From NCBI GenBank assembly GCA_000994815.1, contig LCJU01000004.1:1-33761 (forward strand): a DNA stretch of 33,761 bases. The letters run 5' to 3'. Each line of letters begins with the position of its first letter. Position 1 is the stretch's first letter. The stretch is from a candidate division WWE3 bacterium GW2011_GWC2_44_9 (lineage in GTDB: Bacteria; Patescibacteriota; WWE3; UBA101185; UBA10185). The notes under the pieces are model-generated. The model made no database searches and had not been told where the DNA came from. It worked only from the letters and a program-made list of their open reading frames with translations. Shown in pieces: positions 25,535 through 33,761 of this stretch. A program made the position numbers and the translations under genes.

Positions 25535-26893
25535 ATGCGCAAAGACTTTTTAAAGCTGGGGTTAATAGTGGGGTTGTTTGTGGTGGCGGTGGTGGTTGCT
25601 ATGCCGGCTGTGCCGGTGAAACTGCCACGGCTTAATATTGATACAACAGTCGGTGGTTTGTACTTCAATTTGTTTAACGGCGCCTATGTTGTGGACTTGC
25701 GGGATATCAAACGCGGTTTGGATTTGCAGGGCGGTGTAAAGCTCACGCTTGAGGCCGACATGACAAAAATTGCGGATGGCGATAAAGATAAGGCGTTGGA
25801 TTCGGCCCAAGAAATTATTGCCAGAAGAGTAGATTTTTTGGGGGTGGCCGAGCCTAGGATCAATAGCGTAAAAGCTGGCAGTCAGTATCGAATTGAAGTC
25901 GAAATTCCCGGTATAGACGATGTTAAGTCTGCGGTTGATGCTATTGGTCACACTGCACAGTTAACGTTTAAAAAACTTCCTAGTACTGTCGAATGGTCAG
26001 AAGCTAAGCGCTTAGATTATTATCAGAACCCAAACATTTGGGAAGATACAGGCGTAACCGGGGCTGATCTTGTGGGAGCGGAGCCGGTTTTTTCCCAGGG
26101 AGCGTCTTTGGAATCAAAAACATCGCCTCAAATACAGTTAAGGTTTTCCGGCGAAGGTAGAAAGAAGTTCTCCGAGTTGGCGAAGCAGAATGTAGGAAAA
26201 CCCATAGCCCTTTTTCTTGATGATAGCCCGTATCCTATATCCATGCCAATAGTCGACCCTGACTTAGCCGGAGGCCTTACAGGAGATCCTGTTATCAACG
26301 GTTCTTTTGATATGAAAAGCGCTCGGGCGCTAAGTTTACAAATAAGAGCGGGCGCCTTGCCGGTGCCAATAAGCGTTTTAGAGCAAAAAACAGTTGGGGC
26401 AACGCTGGGCGCTGAATCTGTAACCAAAAGCTTAAAAGCGGGACTTATCGGGTTGGGTGTGGTGATGCTTTTTATGATTGTTATGTATCGGGAGCTTGGG
26501 TTGATTGCAGACTTTGGCTTGTTGTTGTATACGGCGCTGGTTATGGCTGTTTTTAAGCTTATTCCAGTGACGTTAACTTTGCCGGGTATTGCCGGCTTTA
26601 TATTGTCAATTGGTATGGCGGTAGACGCCAGCATTCTAGCCTTTGAAAGAATTTTGGAGGAAGTTAGGTGGGGTAAACCCAGAGGCGTAGCCTTAAAGCT
26701 TGGGTTTGAAAGGTCGTGGAATTCTATTAGAGACTCAAATATGTCATCTTTAATTACGGCTGCTGTGCTGTTTTATTTTGGTTCCGGTGTGGTGCGGGGT
26801 TTTGCACTTACATTGGGTATAGGTATTTTGGTATCGCTCTTCACATCTGTGTTTGTGGTTAGAACGGTTATTAAAACAGTGGGGCGCTTTTAG
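25535..26893 (+). CDS. secD: Protein translocase subunit SecD
   Basis: 452 aa. An N-terminal TM and periplasmic domain (LGLDLQGGV, RRVDFLGVAEPRI) are followed by six C-terminal TMs with LTLPGIAGFILSIGMAVDASILAFERI. Confidence 0.93.
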   Translation: MRKDFLKLGLIVGLFVVAVVVAMPAVPVKLPRLNIDTTVGGLYFNLFNGAYVVDLRDIKRGLDLQGGVKLTLEADMTKIADGDKDKALDSAQEIIARRVDFLGVAEPRINSVKAGSQYRIEVEIPGIDDVKSAVDAIGHTAQLTFKKLPSTVEWSEAKRLDYYQNPNIWEDTGVTGADLVGAEPVFSQGASLESKTSPQIQLRFSGEGRKKFSELAKQNVGKPIALFLDDSPYPISMPIVDPDLAGGLTGDPVINGSFDMKSARALSLQIRAGALPVPISVLEQKTVGATLGAESVTKSLKAGLIGLGVVMLFMIVMYRELGLIADFGLLLYTALVMAVFKLIPVTLTLPGIAGFILSIGMAVDASILAFERILEEVRWGKPRGVALKLGFERSWNSIRDSNMSSLITAAVLFYFGSGVVRGFALTLGIGILVSLFTSVFVVRTVIKTVGRF

Positions 26894-26902
26894 TCAGGCA
26901 CT

Positions 26903-27916
26903 ATGTCAAAAAAGGGTAAAAAAATTAAGAAAATCAATACCGTCAGTTTGCCCAAGCAGGAAAGCTTGCCAAGCAAAGAAAGTGGTCAAGTAGATAACGC
27001 GACTCAGGGTTACAACCTCATGAAACACAAAGCTAAATATCTGATCTTTAGCGCTTTGGTAATTCTGCCCGGGGCGTTTTTTCTTGGTTTTTGGGGCTTA
27101 AAAGTATCAATCGACTTTACGGGTGGTTCAGTATTTAGCTACACCAGAGCTGAGGGTGTATGGAACAGAGCTGAAGTGCAAGATGTTTTAGAAAAGGCCG
27201 GTGTAGAGATAATTGCTGTAGCACTGGAGGCAGGTGACAAAAACTTTACAGTAAGAACAAAATCAATTGATGCTAACGCAAATGAGGAGTTAAAGACCAT
27301 CATTCTTCAGACAGCCCCAACCGCTAAACAAATCGCTTTTGAAACCGTGGGTCCCACAATTGGGTCTGAAACAGCAAGAAAGAGCTTTATCGCCTTTGGC
27401 ATAGCCTGTATAGGCATTGTTTTGTATATTTCCTACGCTTTCCGCAACATTCCAAAGCCATATTCGGGTTTGCGGTTTGGTGTTAGTGCAATACTGGCCA
27501 TGATTCATGATGCTTTAGTCGTTTTGGGGGTATTTTCAATTCTGGGACACTTTAAAGGCGTGGAAATAGATTCCATGTTTATTACGGCCCTGCTTACCAT
27601 TATTGGCTTTTCCGTTCACGATACCATCGTAGTTTTCGACCGGATCCGTGAGAATTTAGGCAAGTTTAGAACCAAGGATTTTGAGTGGGTTGCCAACTAC
27701 TCAATCGTAGAAACCATGCGGCGGTCCATTGCCACGTCAACCACAGTTGTTATAACACTCACTGCTTTATTCATTTTTGGCGGGGTGTCAATAAAGTGGT
27801 TTGTTTTTGCCTTGCTCGTAGGCGTTATTTCAGGTACATACTCGTCCATATTCAATGCTACTCCCATTTTAATTATCTGGGAGGACTTTATAGCTAAGCG
27901 TGTTAAAAAATCTTAG
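26903..27916 (+). CDS. secF: Protein translocase subunit SecF (Lys-rich N-terminal extension)
   Basis: SIDFTGGS, GPTIGSE, ILAMIHDALVVLGVFSI and GFSVHDTIVVFDRIREN motifs; 337 aa. Confidence 0.93.
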   Translation: MSKKGKKIKKINTVSLPKQESLPSKESGQVDNATQGYNLMKHKAKYLIFSALVILPGAFFLGFWGLKVSIDFTGGSVFSYTRAEGVWNRAEVQDVLEKAGVEIIAVALEAGDKNFTVRTKSIDANANEELKTIILQTAPTAKQIAFETVGPTIGSETARKSFIAFGIACIGIVLYISYAFRNIPKPYSGLRFGVSAILAMIHDALVVLGVFSILGHFKGVEIDSMFITALLTIIGFSVHDTIVVFDRIRENLGKFRTKDFEWVANYSIVETMRRSIATSTTVVITLTALFIFGGVSIKWFVFALLVGVISGTYSSIFNATPILIIWEDFIAKRVKKS

Positions 27917-27990
27917 GGCTAAAGTTTTTGGAGTTAAGGACTTTTAGATTTTTTTCATCTTGTGTCAATACAATTTTTTGCACACTACGA

Positions 27991-28995
27991 CTATCGGGTT
28001 AAATAGAACCCAATCCCCCTCTTGTTTTTAATCATTAGGGGGATATTGTTATCGGCTAGTTTTTTACGCAAGCGTGATATTATTTGGTCAATAGATTCAT
28101 CGCTCACCCCAGAACCCTTGCTTTGTGGGCTTAATATTTCTGCCACGTCCTCTTTATGAGTTATAGTATCGAAATTGTTATGTAGTTTAGAAAATACCAG
28201 ATACTCATATTTTGTTAAGTAGCGCTGGGCTTCTTGTAGGGTTACTCCAGAGGTGTCTTCAGACCGGGTTTCACCTAAGTTTATGGTTTTTAGTGATTCC
28301 GCTAAGGATTTTCCCATTGCTATATTAACAACCATGTCCCGAATTATTCCGCCCTGCCCATTACAGGCTTTTAATACTGCTAACCTATCTTTGTTTGCCA
28401 ACCGTATGGCGTTTCTTTTAAGCTCGTCTTTTAGTACTCTTGAGCAATCCACATTATTCAGTGAGGGTAAAATCAGCTCAAACGGTGATATATTCAATAA
28501 CTGTTTTAGTTTATGCTTATCCAATTCTACACCGTGCTCATAACATAAAATGTAGCCTAGCTTGTACTTATATCTATCTCTTAGGGACCGTAGATATCGA
28601 GGCGCGCTTTCGTTGAAATCATTTAAGGCCTCCAAATGATCAAGAATAAAGTATACCGCCTTTCCCGATCCTGTTGTGTCAGCCAGCCATTGTTCTAGCG
28701 AACGTTGCTGTCTATTGTAACCTCTGATTGATTCGTTTAACAGGCTTATAAGCTTATCTGTATTACTGTTATAAATACTATTTAGGTCTGTATATATTAT
28801 GTTATGGACAAATTGGGCGAAATAGGTGGAAAATACTTTACTGGAATGACTAATATACCTTAAATATTTGCTTTCCCCGGCCCCACTTACCGCAGTTAAC
28901 CTAAAAACCTGCCCGTTTTTCATTAATGAGGCTAGTTGTTTTGTGGTTTCCTGCCGATATTGTGGGTATAAACCCTCCGGCTCTAACTCCAGCAT
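27991..28995 (-). CDS. Degenerate P-loop NTPase domain fused to a C-terminal OmpR/PhoB-type winged-helix DNA-binding domain
   Basis: N-terminal half: LTAVSGAGESKY (Walker-A-like, but without GK[ST]) and AVYFILDHLE (Walker-B-like). C-terminal part: LTKYEYLVFSKL...KEDVAEIL...SIDQIISRLRKKLADNNIPLMIKNKRGIGFYL, a trans_reg_C pattern. Confidence 0.6.
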   Translation of the reverse strand: MLELEPEGLYPQYRQETTKQLASLMKNGQVFRLTAVSGAGESKYLRYISHSSKVFSTYFAQFVHNIIYTDLNSIYNSNTDKLISLLNESIRGYNRQQRSLEQWLADTTGSGKAVYFILDHLEALNDFNESAPRYLRSLRDRYKYKLGYILCYEHGVELDKHKLKQLLNISPFELILPSLNNVDCSRVLKDELKRNAIRLANKDRLAVLKACNGQGGIIRDMVVNIAMGKSLAESLKTINLGETRSEDTSGVTLQEAQRYLTKYEYLVFSKLHNNFDTITHKEDVAEILSPQSKGSGVSDESIDQIISRLRKKLADNNIPLMIKNKRGIGFYLTR

Positions 28996-29026
28996 GCTGC
29001 GTAGTTTAGCACTTTGTATATACCGG

Positions 29027-30006
29027 TTACAAATTCAGTTCCATTTCCATTTCTATAAAAGATCCGCGTTGATACGCAATATTCCTATTTGATCTGTCCG
29101 CTAGCAGTGGGTATATTGTGCCTATCAATGTGTTTCTATTCACGTGTGTGCCCGTTGGTGCAAATGTTTGATTGGCGATGAACCCTGTTATAGAATGAAA
29201 ACGGGTTGGGCTGATACTCTGTGGGATTACAACAAAACCCTCGTCTCTAAGTGCTTCATCTACAGTTGGAATTGCCAAAGCAGCTCCGTTTTTTACCATT
29301 AGTTTTTCTATTTCACTACATATGTACACAGATTTAGGATAAGGTATAAGTTTGCTGGTCCTAAACGTTTCTAAGGTCGGATACAAGAGCTGCGCGGGTT
29401 CGTTATCACCTCCACAAAAATCCACACCCCTGCTTAATATCTGGAAATACACATGCAATCCGACTGCAGGGTACGCCCATCCCAACCCGCCAGATGTGCA
29501 CTTGCAGAGTGTGGAATATAGGGGTAGATAACCAACCTCGATACGATAGCCGACGGCAACGCCGAAAAACAAACGAGACTCCGGATGTTGTCCGGCGTGC
29601 GATCAAGCAAATTATCGCCTTCACCCCAACCCGTTTCAACGTAATGCAACATGGCATCTGTGGCATGGAATTCACTACGGCCTTCAAGTTCAAATAAAGC
29701 CGCGCACATAAACATATATGTTGCGTATGGGTCCCTTGGTTCTCCACCGGTTACAACTCCGTTACTAAATCTTTCTAACCACCAGCTAATGCATTTAGGA
29801 TTTGTTAAAACCTTCTCCTGCTCCACGAACCACTCTGCCATATCTACTAGTGAGGTTTCGTCATTAGCTCGAGGTCTGGGAATACCCAATTTGGTGTACG
29901 CTTCTATTCGTGGGTGTAACTGGAGCCAACGCTCCGGTATCGTTTCAGTGTCGCGATCAATTATTATCAGGCCTTTTTCTGTAAGTAGTTGTTTATTGTC
30001 AGGCAT
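29027..30006 (-). pseudogene. Unassigned ~320-codon gene split between two overlapping frames (-1 break within 29434-29608)
   Basis: ORF 29434..30006 (190 aa) and ORF 29027..29572 (181 aa, TTG only) overlap by 139 nt, and the downstream part lies in the -1 frame. There is no separate ATG or SD for the second part. I recognise no family motif. Confidence 0.55.
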
Positions 30007-30128
30007 AGCGATAATCTACATTAATATTTGTGATCTTCATTGATTCTGGTCTGACAAATACCTACCATGTATCTCATTGCTTTATAAGTATATAATCGGC
30101 TTTTCATAACGTGTGTTAGACTTCTTAT

Positions 30129-31741
30129 ATGAAGAACTGGAATGTGTTGTGTGTCTATCAGCCCGGAGTTGATGTAGTTTCTGAACTGCTAAAGAACAGA
30201 GGGATTGCGCCGGAGGATAAAGCGGAATTTCTTGCCCCAGCCCCGCTTGCCAAGTACATTAAAGAGCTGTCGGCTGACTTTAGGAAAGCTTTGGTGCAGG
30301 CAAAAGACCTGATACTAAAGGCCATCGCTAAAGATGTTCCGATCGTGATTCATGGTGATTACGATGCTGACGGTATCTGCGCTACCGCGATACTATATCA
30401 AACTCTTACTCAAACCTTAGGTTACACAAAGACTATGTATTTTCTGCCCAATCGGTTTGATCAGGGCTATGGCCTGTCCAAAGATTCTGTTGACACCATA
30501 TGGCATACCATCCAAAAGACATATGGTACGAAGTCAGGTCTTATTATTCCGGGGCTAATTATTACTGTGGACTGCGGCATTACAGCCGAGCCCGAAGTTA
30601 TACATCAGTTGAAGGCTTTGGGTCTAGACATAATTATTACAGACCATCATCAAAAAAAGAGTCAACAGCCAAAAGCGGACGTGTTGGTTTGGACCGATCA
30701 AATGGTTGGGTCTGGTGTTGCGCTCGCCCTCTCGCTTGTTTTAGGGTTACGGGACGAGCGGTTGGTGAGTTTGGCTGGACTAGCCACAATCACCGATCTT
30801 GGACTGCTAAAGGGTTTCAATCGAGCTTTAGTAAGAAAGGCTTTGGAAATATTAAACACCAACCCGCCTTTGGGCATTAAAAAGCTGTTGGAGGTGTCCG
30901 GCAGGACTGGTGGCGAGATAACAACCTATGACGCTGGTTATGTTATTGGCCCGCGGCTTAATGCCTCCGGTCGGCTTGAATCGGCCTACGCTTCTTTGTT
31001 CTTGCTGTTGGATGAAGATCCGCAAAAAGTTACGGAGTTTGCCCAAAAGCTTCATGTGGTAAACATTGAACGGCAAGACATGACGCAAAAACTTTATAGT
31101 TTAGCCCAAACACTGCTCACGGAGCAAAAGAGTCTAGAAAATAAAATTGTTATTTGTTCGCATAAGGACTTTCACGAAGGCGTTATTGGACTTGTCCGCT
31201 GTAGTTATCAGTAGTTTGGAAAACGGCGGTAAAGGTTCTGCACGCAGTGTACCGGGGCTAAACATTATTGACTTGTTACGTTCTTTTGAGCATTTGTTTG
31301 AAAGTATGGGTGGGCATCCAATGGCGGCCGGATTTACACTAAAAAAGGGTATGCTCGATCAGTTTATCCAAGAATTTACCGCTCATGCTAACAAAGTTGT
31401 TGACGCCGCTTTGTTAATTCCAACCATTACCTGACTTTGTATGCGAGCTAAACAGACTTAGGCCCTTTGGTGTGGGGAATCCAGAACCGGTGTTTTTATC
31501 CAGAGCTGTAAGTGTGGTCGGCAACGATTTTGTGGGCAGGGAGGGTAATCATTTGTCGCTAAAACTGTTTGCTGGTGCCGGGCAAACTAGTTACAAAGCA
31601 ATTTACTTTGATGCCCGCAATCAGGGGGTGTCGACTTTTGGGTTAGGTACCAAACTGGATCTTGTTTATTCACTGGCGCTTAAAGACTATAACGGTAAGA
31701 GCTACGTTGATTTAATTGTTAAAGACTTTAGAATCCTGTAA
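30129..31741 (+). pseudogene. recJ: Single-stranded-DNA exonuclease RecJ, interrupted by two +1 frame changes
   Basis: DHH motifs (VIHGDYDADGICA, ITVDCGI, IIITDHHQ) run in frame 0 up to GVIGLV at 31196. The DHHA1 block (GKGSARSVPG...MGGHPMAAGF) is in frame +1 from 31198. The C-terminal RPFGVGNPEPVF...OB-like tail is in frame +2 from about 31418. Confidence 0.85.
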
Positions 31742-31746
31742 GCTTT

Positions 31747-33057
31747 ATGCTAAAATCCAAGGATATTATGCTGAGAACTCACGTTTCGGATCTAAAAGGT
31801 AAAATTAGTGAGCAAGTTAGAGTGGAAGGGTTTGTCCAGGCTCGCAGGGATCAGGGGGGTATTAAGTTTCTTGTTGTGCGGGATGTTACCGGAACAGTTC
31901 AGGCAATTGTTACCAGACAAAATGGGGAAGTATTTGATGAAGTTGCTAAGTTAACGTTGGAGTCAGTGATCGACCTGACGGGGATGATTAAAGAACAGAA
32001 ACAGGCGCCTGGCGGATTTGAAATCGAAATCGAGGCATTAAAAGTTCTATCCGTAGCCGAACCTCTGCCTATACCGGTAGTGGAAGAGAAGAGCGGCGGT
32101 GAGGTAGATGCGGCGCTAAGATTTGACTATAGATGGCTCGACTTGCGCAAGCCCGAAAAACTCAAAATATTTAAAGTCTGGACAGCTTTAGAAAAAGGTT
32201 TCAGAAAGTATTTTAGCGATAACGGCTACGTCCAGGTTTATTCACCGTCAATTATGGGCACAGCCAGCGAAGGCGGGTCGGAAGTGTTTGAGGTACAGTA
32301 CTTTGACCGTAAAGGCTATTTAGCCCAGTCGCCCCAATTTTACAAGCAACTAGCACAAAGCGCGGGTTTTGAAAAAGTCTTTATGGTTGGACCGGTTTTT
32401 AGGGCAGAACCCTCGTTTACTACCAGACACATGACGGAGTTTACAGGTTGGGATTTTGAGTTGTCATATATTGACTCACATGAAGATATAATGCAAGCGG
32501 AGGAAGCCATGCTAGTGGAGGCTTTTAAGACTGTAAAAGAGGAAGTTATGCCGGAGCTGGAGATTCCAACCGTCCCCTTTCCCCGTATGACAATGAACGA
32601 AGCAAAACTAAAACTTAAGCAGGTTGGGGTACCAAGTGACAAAGCCGGGGATTTTTCCTCCGAAGAAGAGCGGGAACTTGGCAGGTTAGTTAAGGAAGAA
32701 ACCGGGCACGACTTTGTTTTTGTTACCGAGTACGGTTCAGCTTACAGAGCTTTTTATCACATGCGGCCCGAAGCCGATCAAACCGTAACAAAAAGTTATG
32801 ACCTTATCTACAAAGGTCTAGAAATTACCACCGGGGCCCAGCGTGAGCATCGGCCGGCTATCCTTAAGCAGCAGGCCCAAGAAAAAGGCATTCCTACCGA
32901 CCAGTTGGAAAGCTATTTTAGTTTTTTCAGATATGGTTGTCCACCACACGGCGGAGCCGGTATTGGCCCGGGGCGAATTATTATGAAACTGCTTGATTTG
33001 GAAAGTGTCAAGGAAGCTACTTTTCTGCCTCGAGATGTGAGGCGACTGACTCCCTAA
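31747..33057 (+). CDS. aspS: Aspartate--tRNA ligase, short archaeal/eukaryotic-type (class IIb)
   Basis: 436 aa. An N-terminal OB domain (VRVEGFVQARRDQGGIKFLVVRD) is followed by QSPQFYKQL, FRAEPSFTTRHMTEFTGWDFE and GGAGIGPGR class-II motifs. There is no GAD insertion. ATG 31768 is an alternative start. Confidence 0.85.
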   Translation: MLKSKDIMLRTHVSDLKGKISEQVRVEGFVQARRDQGGIKFLVVRDVTGTVQAIVTRQNGEVFDEVAKLTLESVIDLTGMIKEQKQAPGGFEIEIEALKVLSVAEPLPIPVVEEKSGGEVDAALRFDYRWLDLRKPEKLKIFKVWTALEKGFRKYFSDNGYVQVYSPSIMGTASEGGSEVFEVQYFDRKGYLAQSPQFYKQLAQSAGFEKVFMVGPVFRAEPSFTTRHMTEFTGWDFELSYIDSHEDIMQAEEAMLVEAFKTVKEEVMPELEIPTVPFPRMTMNEAKLKLKQVGVPSDKAGDFSSEEERELGRLVKEETGHDFVFVTEYGSAYRAFYHMRPEADQTVTKSYDLIYKGLEITTGAQREHRPAILKQQAQEKGIPTDQLESYFSFFRYGCPPHGGAGIGPGRIIMKLLDLESVKEATFLPRDVRRLTP

Positions 33058-33059
33058 CC

Positions 33060-33761
33060 ATGCAAGTTGGACTATTTAGACTAGTTGCTGTGTATGTGTT
33101 GGTACTGCTCGCTGGGGCCATCCACACCCTGGAGAGCAAATTCTGTGATCTATGTACCAAAGCTTTATTAGTTTCTCTTATTTGCTTGTTTGGTATAGTG
33201 CTAAGGGTAGAATTTGAAGCTGTAGTTGATGGTGTGGCAAACGATGGAAATCTGCTTGTTTGGTACAAAAAGCTCCCCCAGGATTTTTACAGTGCTGCTA
33301 GCCAAGAGAACAGTCGGACCTTAGAGAGCTTTCTTCTAACACAAAAGCCCAAGCCGCCGGTTAAGCTAGCGGAGATTCAAACTCCGGCCGTTTCCGCCAA
33401 GTCGTATGTGGTTATGGATGTGGTTAGCGGGACTGTATTGAGCGAAAAAAATCCGGATGAGGTGTTTCCGCCCGCTTCCACGGCAAAAATCGCCACTGCC
33501 TTAGCGGCGTTGGCCTTGTATGACCTGGATGAGGAAATAGCCATTCCGCAGTTTTGTACGCAGGTTGACGGCAATAAAATCGGGTTTGGTCAAGGCCTGC
33601 GGTTTAGGGTTGAAGCCATTTTACAGGCACTTTTGGTAGCTTCGGCCGGAGATGCGGCATGCACGCTGTCTGTCAGTCGGGTTTCGTATGCCGACTTTGT
33701 TGCCAAAATGAATTTTGTAGTAAAAGAAGGGGGTTTGGCAAGGACTAAATTTACTAACCCA
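33060..33761 (+). CDS. Serine-type D-Ala-D-Ala carboxypeptidase (peptidase S11 / PBP5-like), 5' part; continues beyond the window
   Basis: Hand-translated and open to the window edge. It has an N-terminal hydrophobic segment, then SYVVMDVVSGTVLSEKNPDEVFPPASTAKIATALAAL (SxxK motif) and LLVASAGDAA (SxN-equivalent box). Confidence 0.8.
   Translation, partial: MQVGLFRLVAVYVLVLLAGAIHTLESKFCDLCTKALLVSLICLFGIVLRVEFEAVVDGVANDGNLLVWYKKLPQDFYSAASQENSRTLESFLLTQKPKPPVKLAEIQTPAVSAKSYVVMDVVSGTVLSEKNPDEVFPPASTAKIATALAALALYDLDEEIAIPQFCTQVDGNKIGFGQGLRFRVEAILQALLVASAGDAACTLSVSRVSYADFVAKMNFVVKEGGLARTKFTNP

Noticed and set aside
29494-30043. Plus-strand ORFs (67 and 130 aa) opposite the unknown minus-strand gene
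   Set aside because: They are shadow ORFs with no start context. The minus-strand frames are longer and co-directional with the downstream regulator gene.
1-33761. Alternative genetic code (UGA read as an amino acid, as in some CPR lineages)
   Set aside because: TGA terminates conserved genes at their expected lengths (fusA 176-178, rplP 5804-5806, rplX 6724-6726, adk 11831-11833), and an RF2 gene is present.
1-33761. CRISPR arrays, IS elements, integrases or long direct or inverted repeats marking mobile DNA around the accessory blocks
   Set aside because: By eye I found no regularly spaced repeats, no transposase, integrase or recombinase motifs, and no matching terminal repeats flanking 16.5-22.5 kb or 28-30 kb. 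A computational repeat search would be needed to exclude short target-site duplications.

Overview
This is a compact bacterial window with mostly short or overlapping gene junctions. TGA ends conserved genes at their expected lengths, so the standard bacterial code applies.

Layout:
- nt 1-16494: one uninterrupted str/S10/spc/alpha ribosomal super-operon on the + strand. Order is fusA (3' end), tuf, rpsJ, rplC-D-W-B, rpsS, rplV, rpsC, rplP, rpsQ, rplN-X-E, rpsN (Zn type), rpsH, rplF-R, rpsE, rplO, secY, a YbaB-like gene, adk, map, infA, rpmJ, rpsM-K-D, rpoA, rplQ, rplM, rpsI.
- Within that block, rpmD (L30) and rpmC (L29) are missing from their canonical slots, L3 is about 65 aa short, and a terminator-like hairpin sits between rpsJ and rplC. 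By inference only, this fits a reduced Patescibacteria/CPR-type genome.
- nt 16495-20496: the most interesting cassette. A divergent SinR-like XRE repressor faces a TasA-family secreted fibre protein, a SipW-type (ER/archaeal-type) signal peptidase, and a translationally coupled, membrane-anchored double-ring Clp/Hsp100 ATPase. The ATPase has no M-domain and no ClpP-docking loop.
- nt 20465-22548: a minus-strand islet holding a nucleotidyltransferase without a canonical start, a DUF6624-like protein and an N-terminally truncated ATP-grasp enzyme.
- nt 22603-27916: prfB (no programmed frameshift), a DUF3048 membrane protein, a wHTH protein, secD and secF.
- nt 27991-30006: an antisense two-gene island with an unassignable ~320-codon gene split by a -1 frame break, plus a degenerate P-loop NTPase fused to a C-terminal OmpR-type winged helix.
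- nt 30129-33761: recJ broken into three frames, an archaeal-type aspS, and the 5' part of a D-Ala-D-Ala carboxypeptidase gene.

I found no rRNA, tRNA, CRISPR array, transposase or integrase. All family assignments come from reading motifs by eye; no searches were run.
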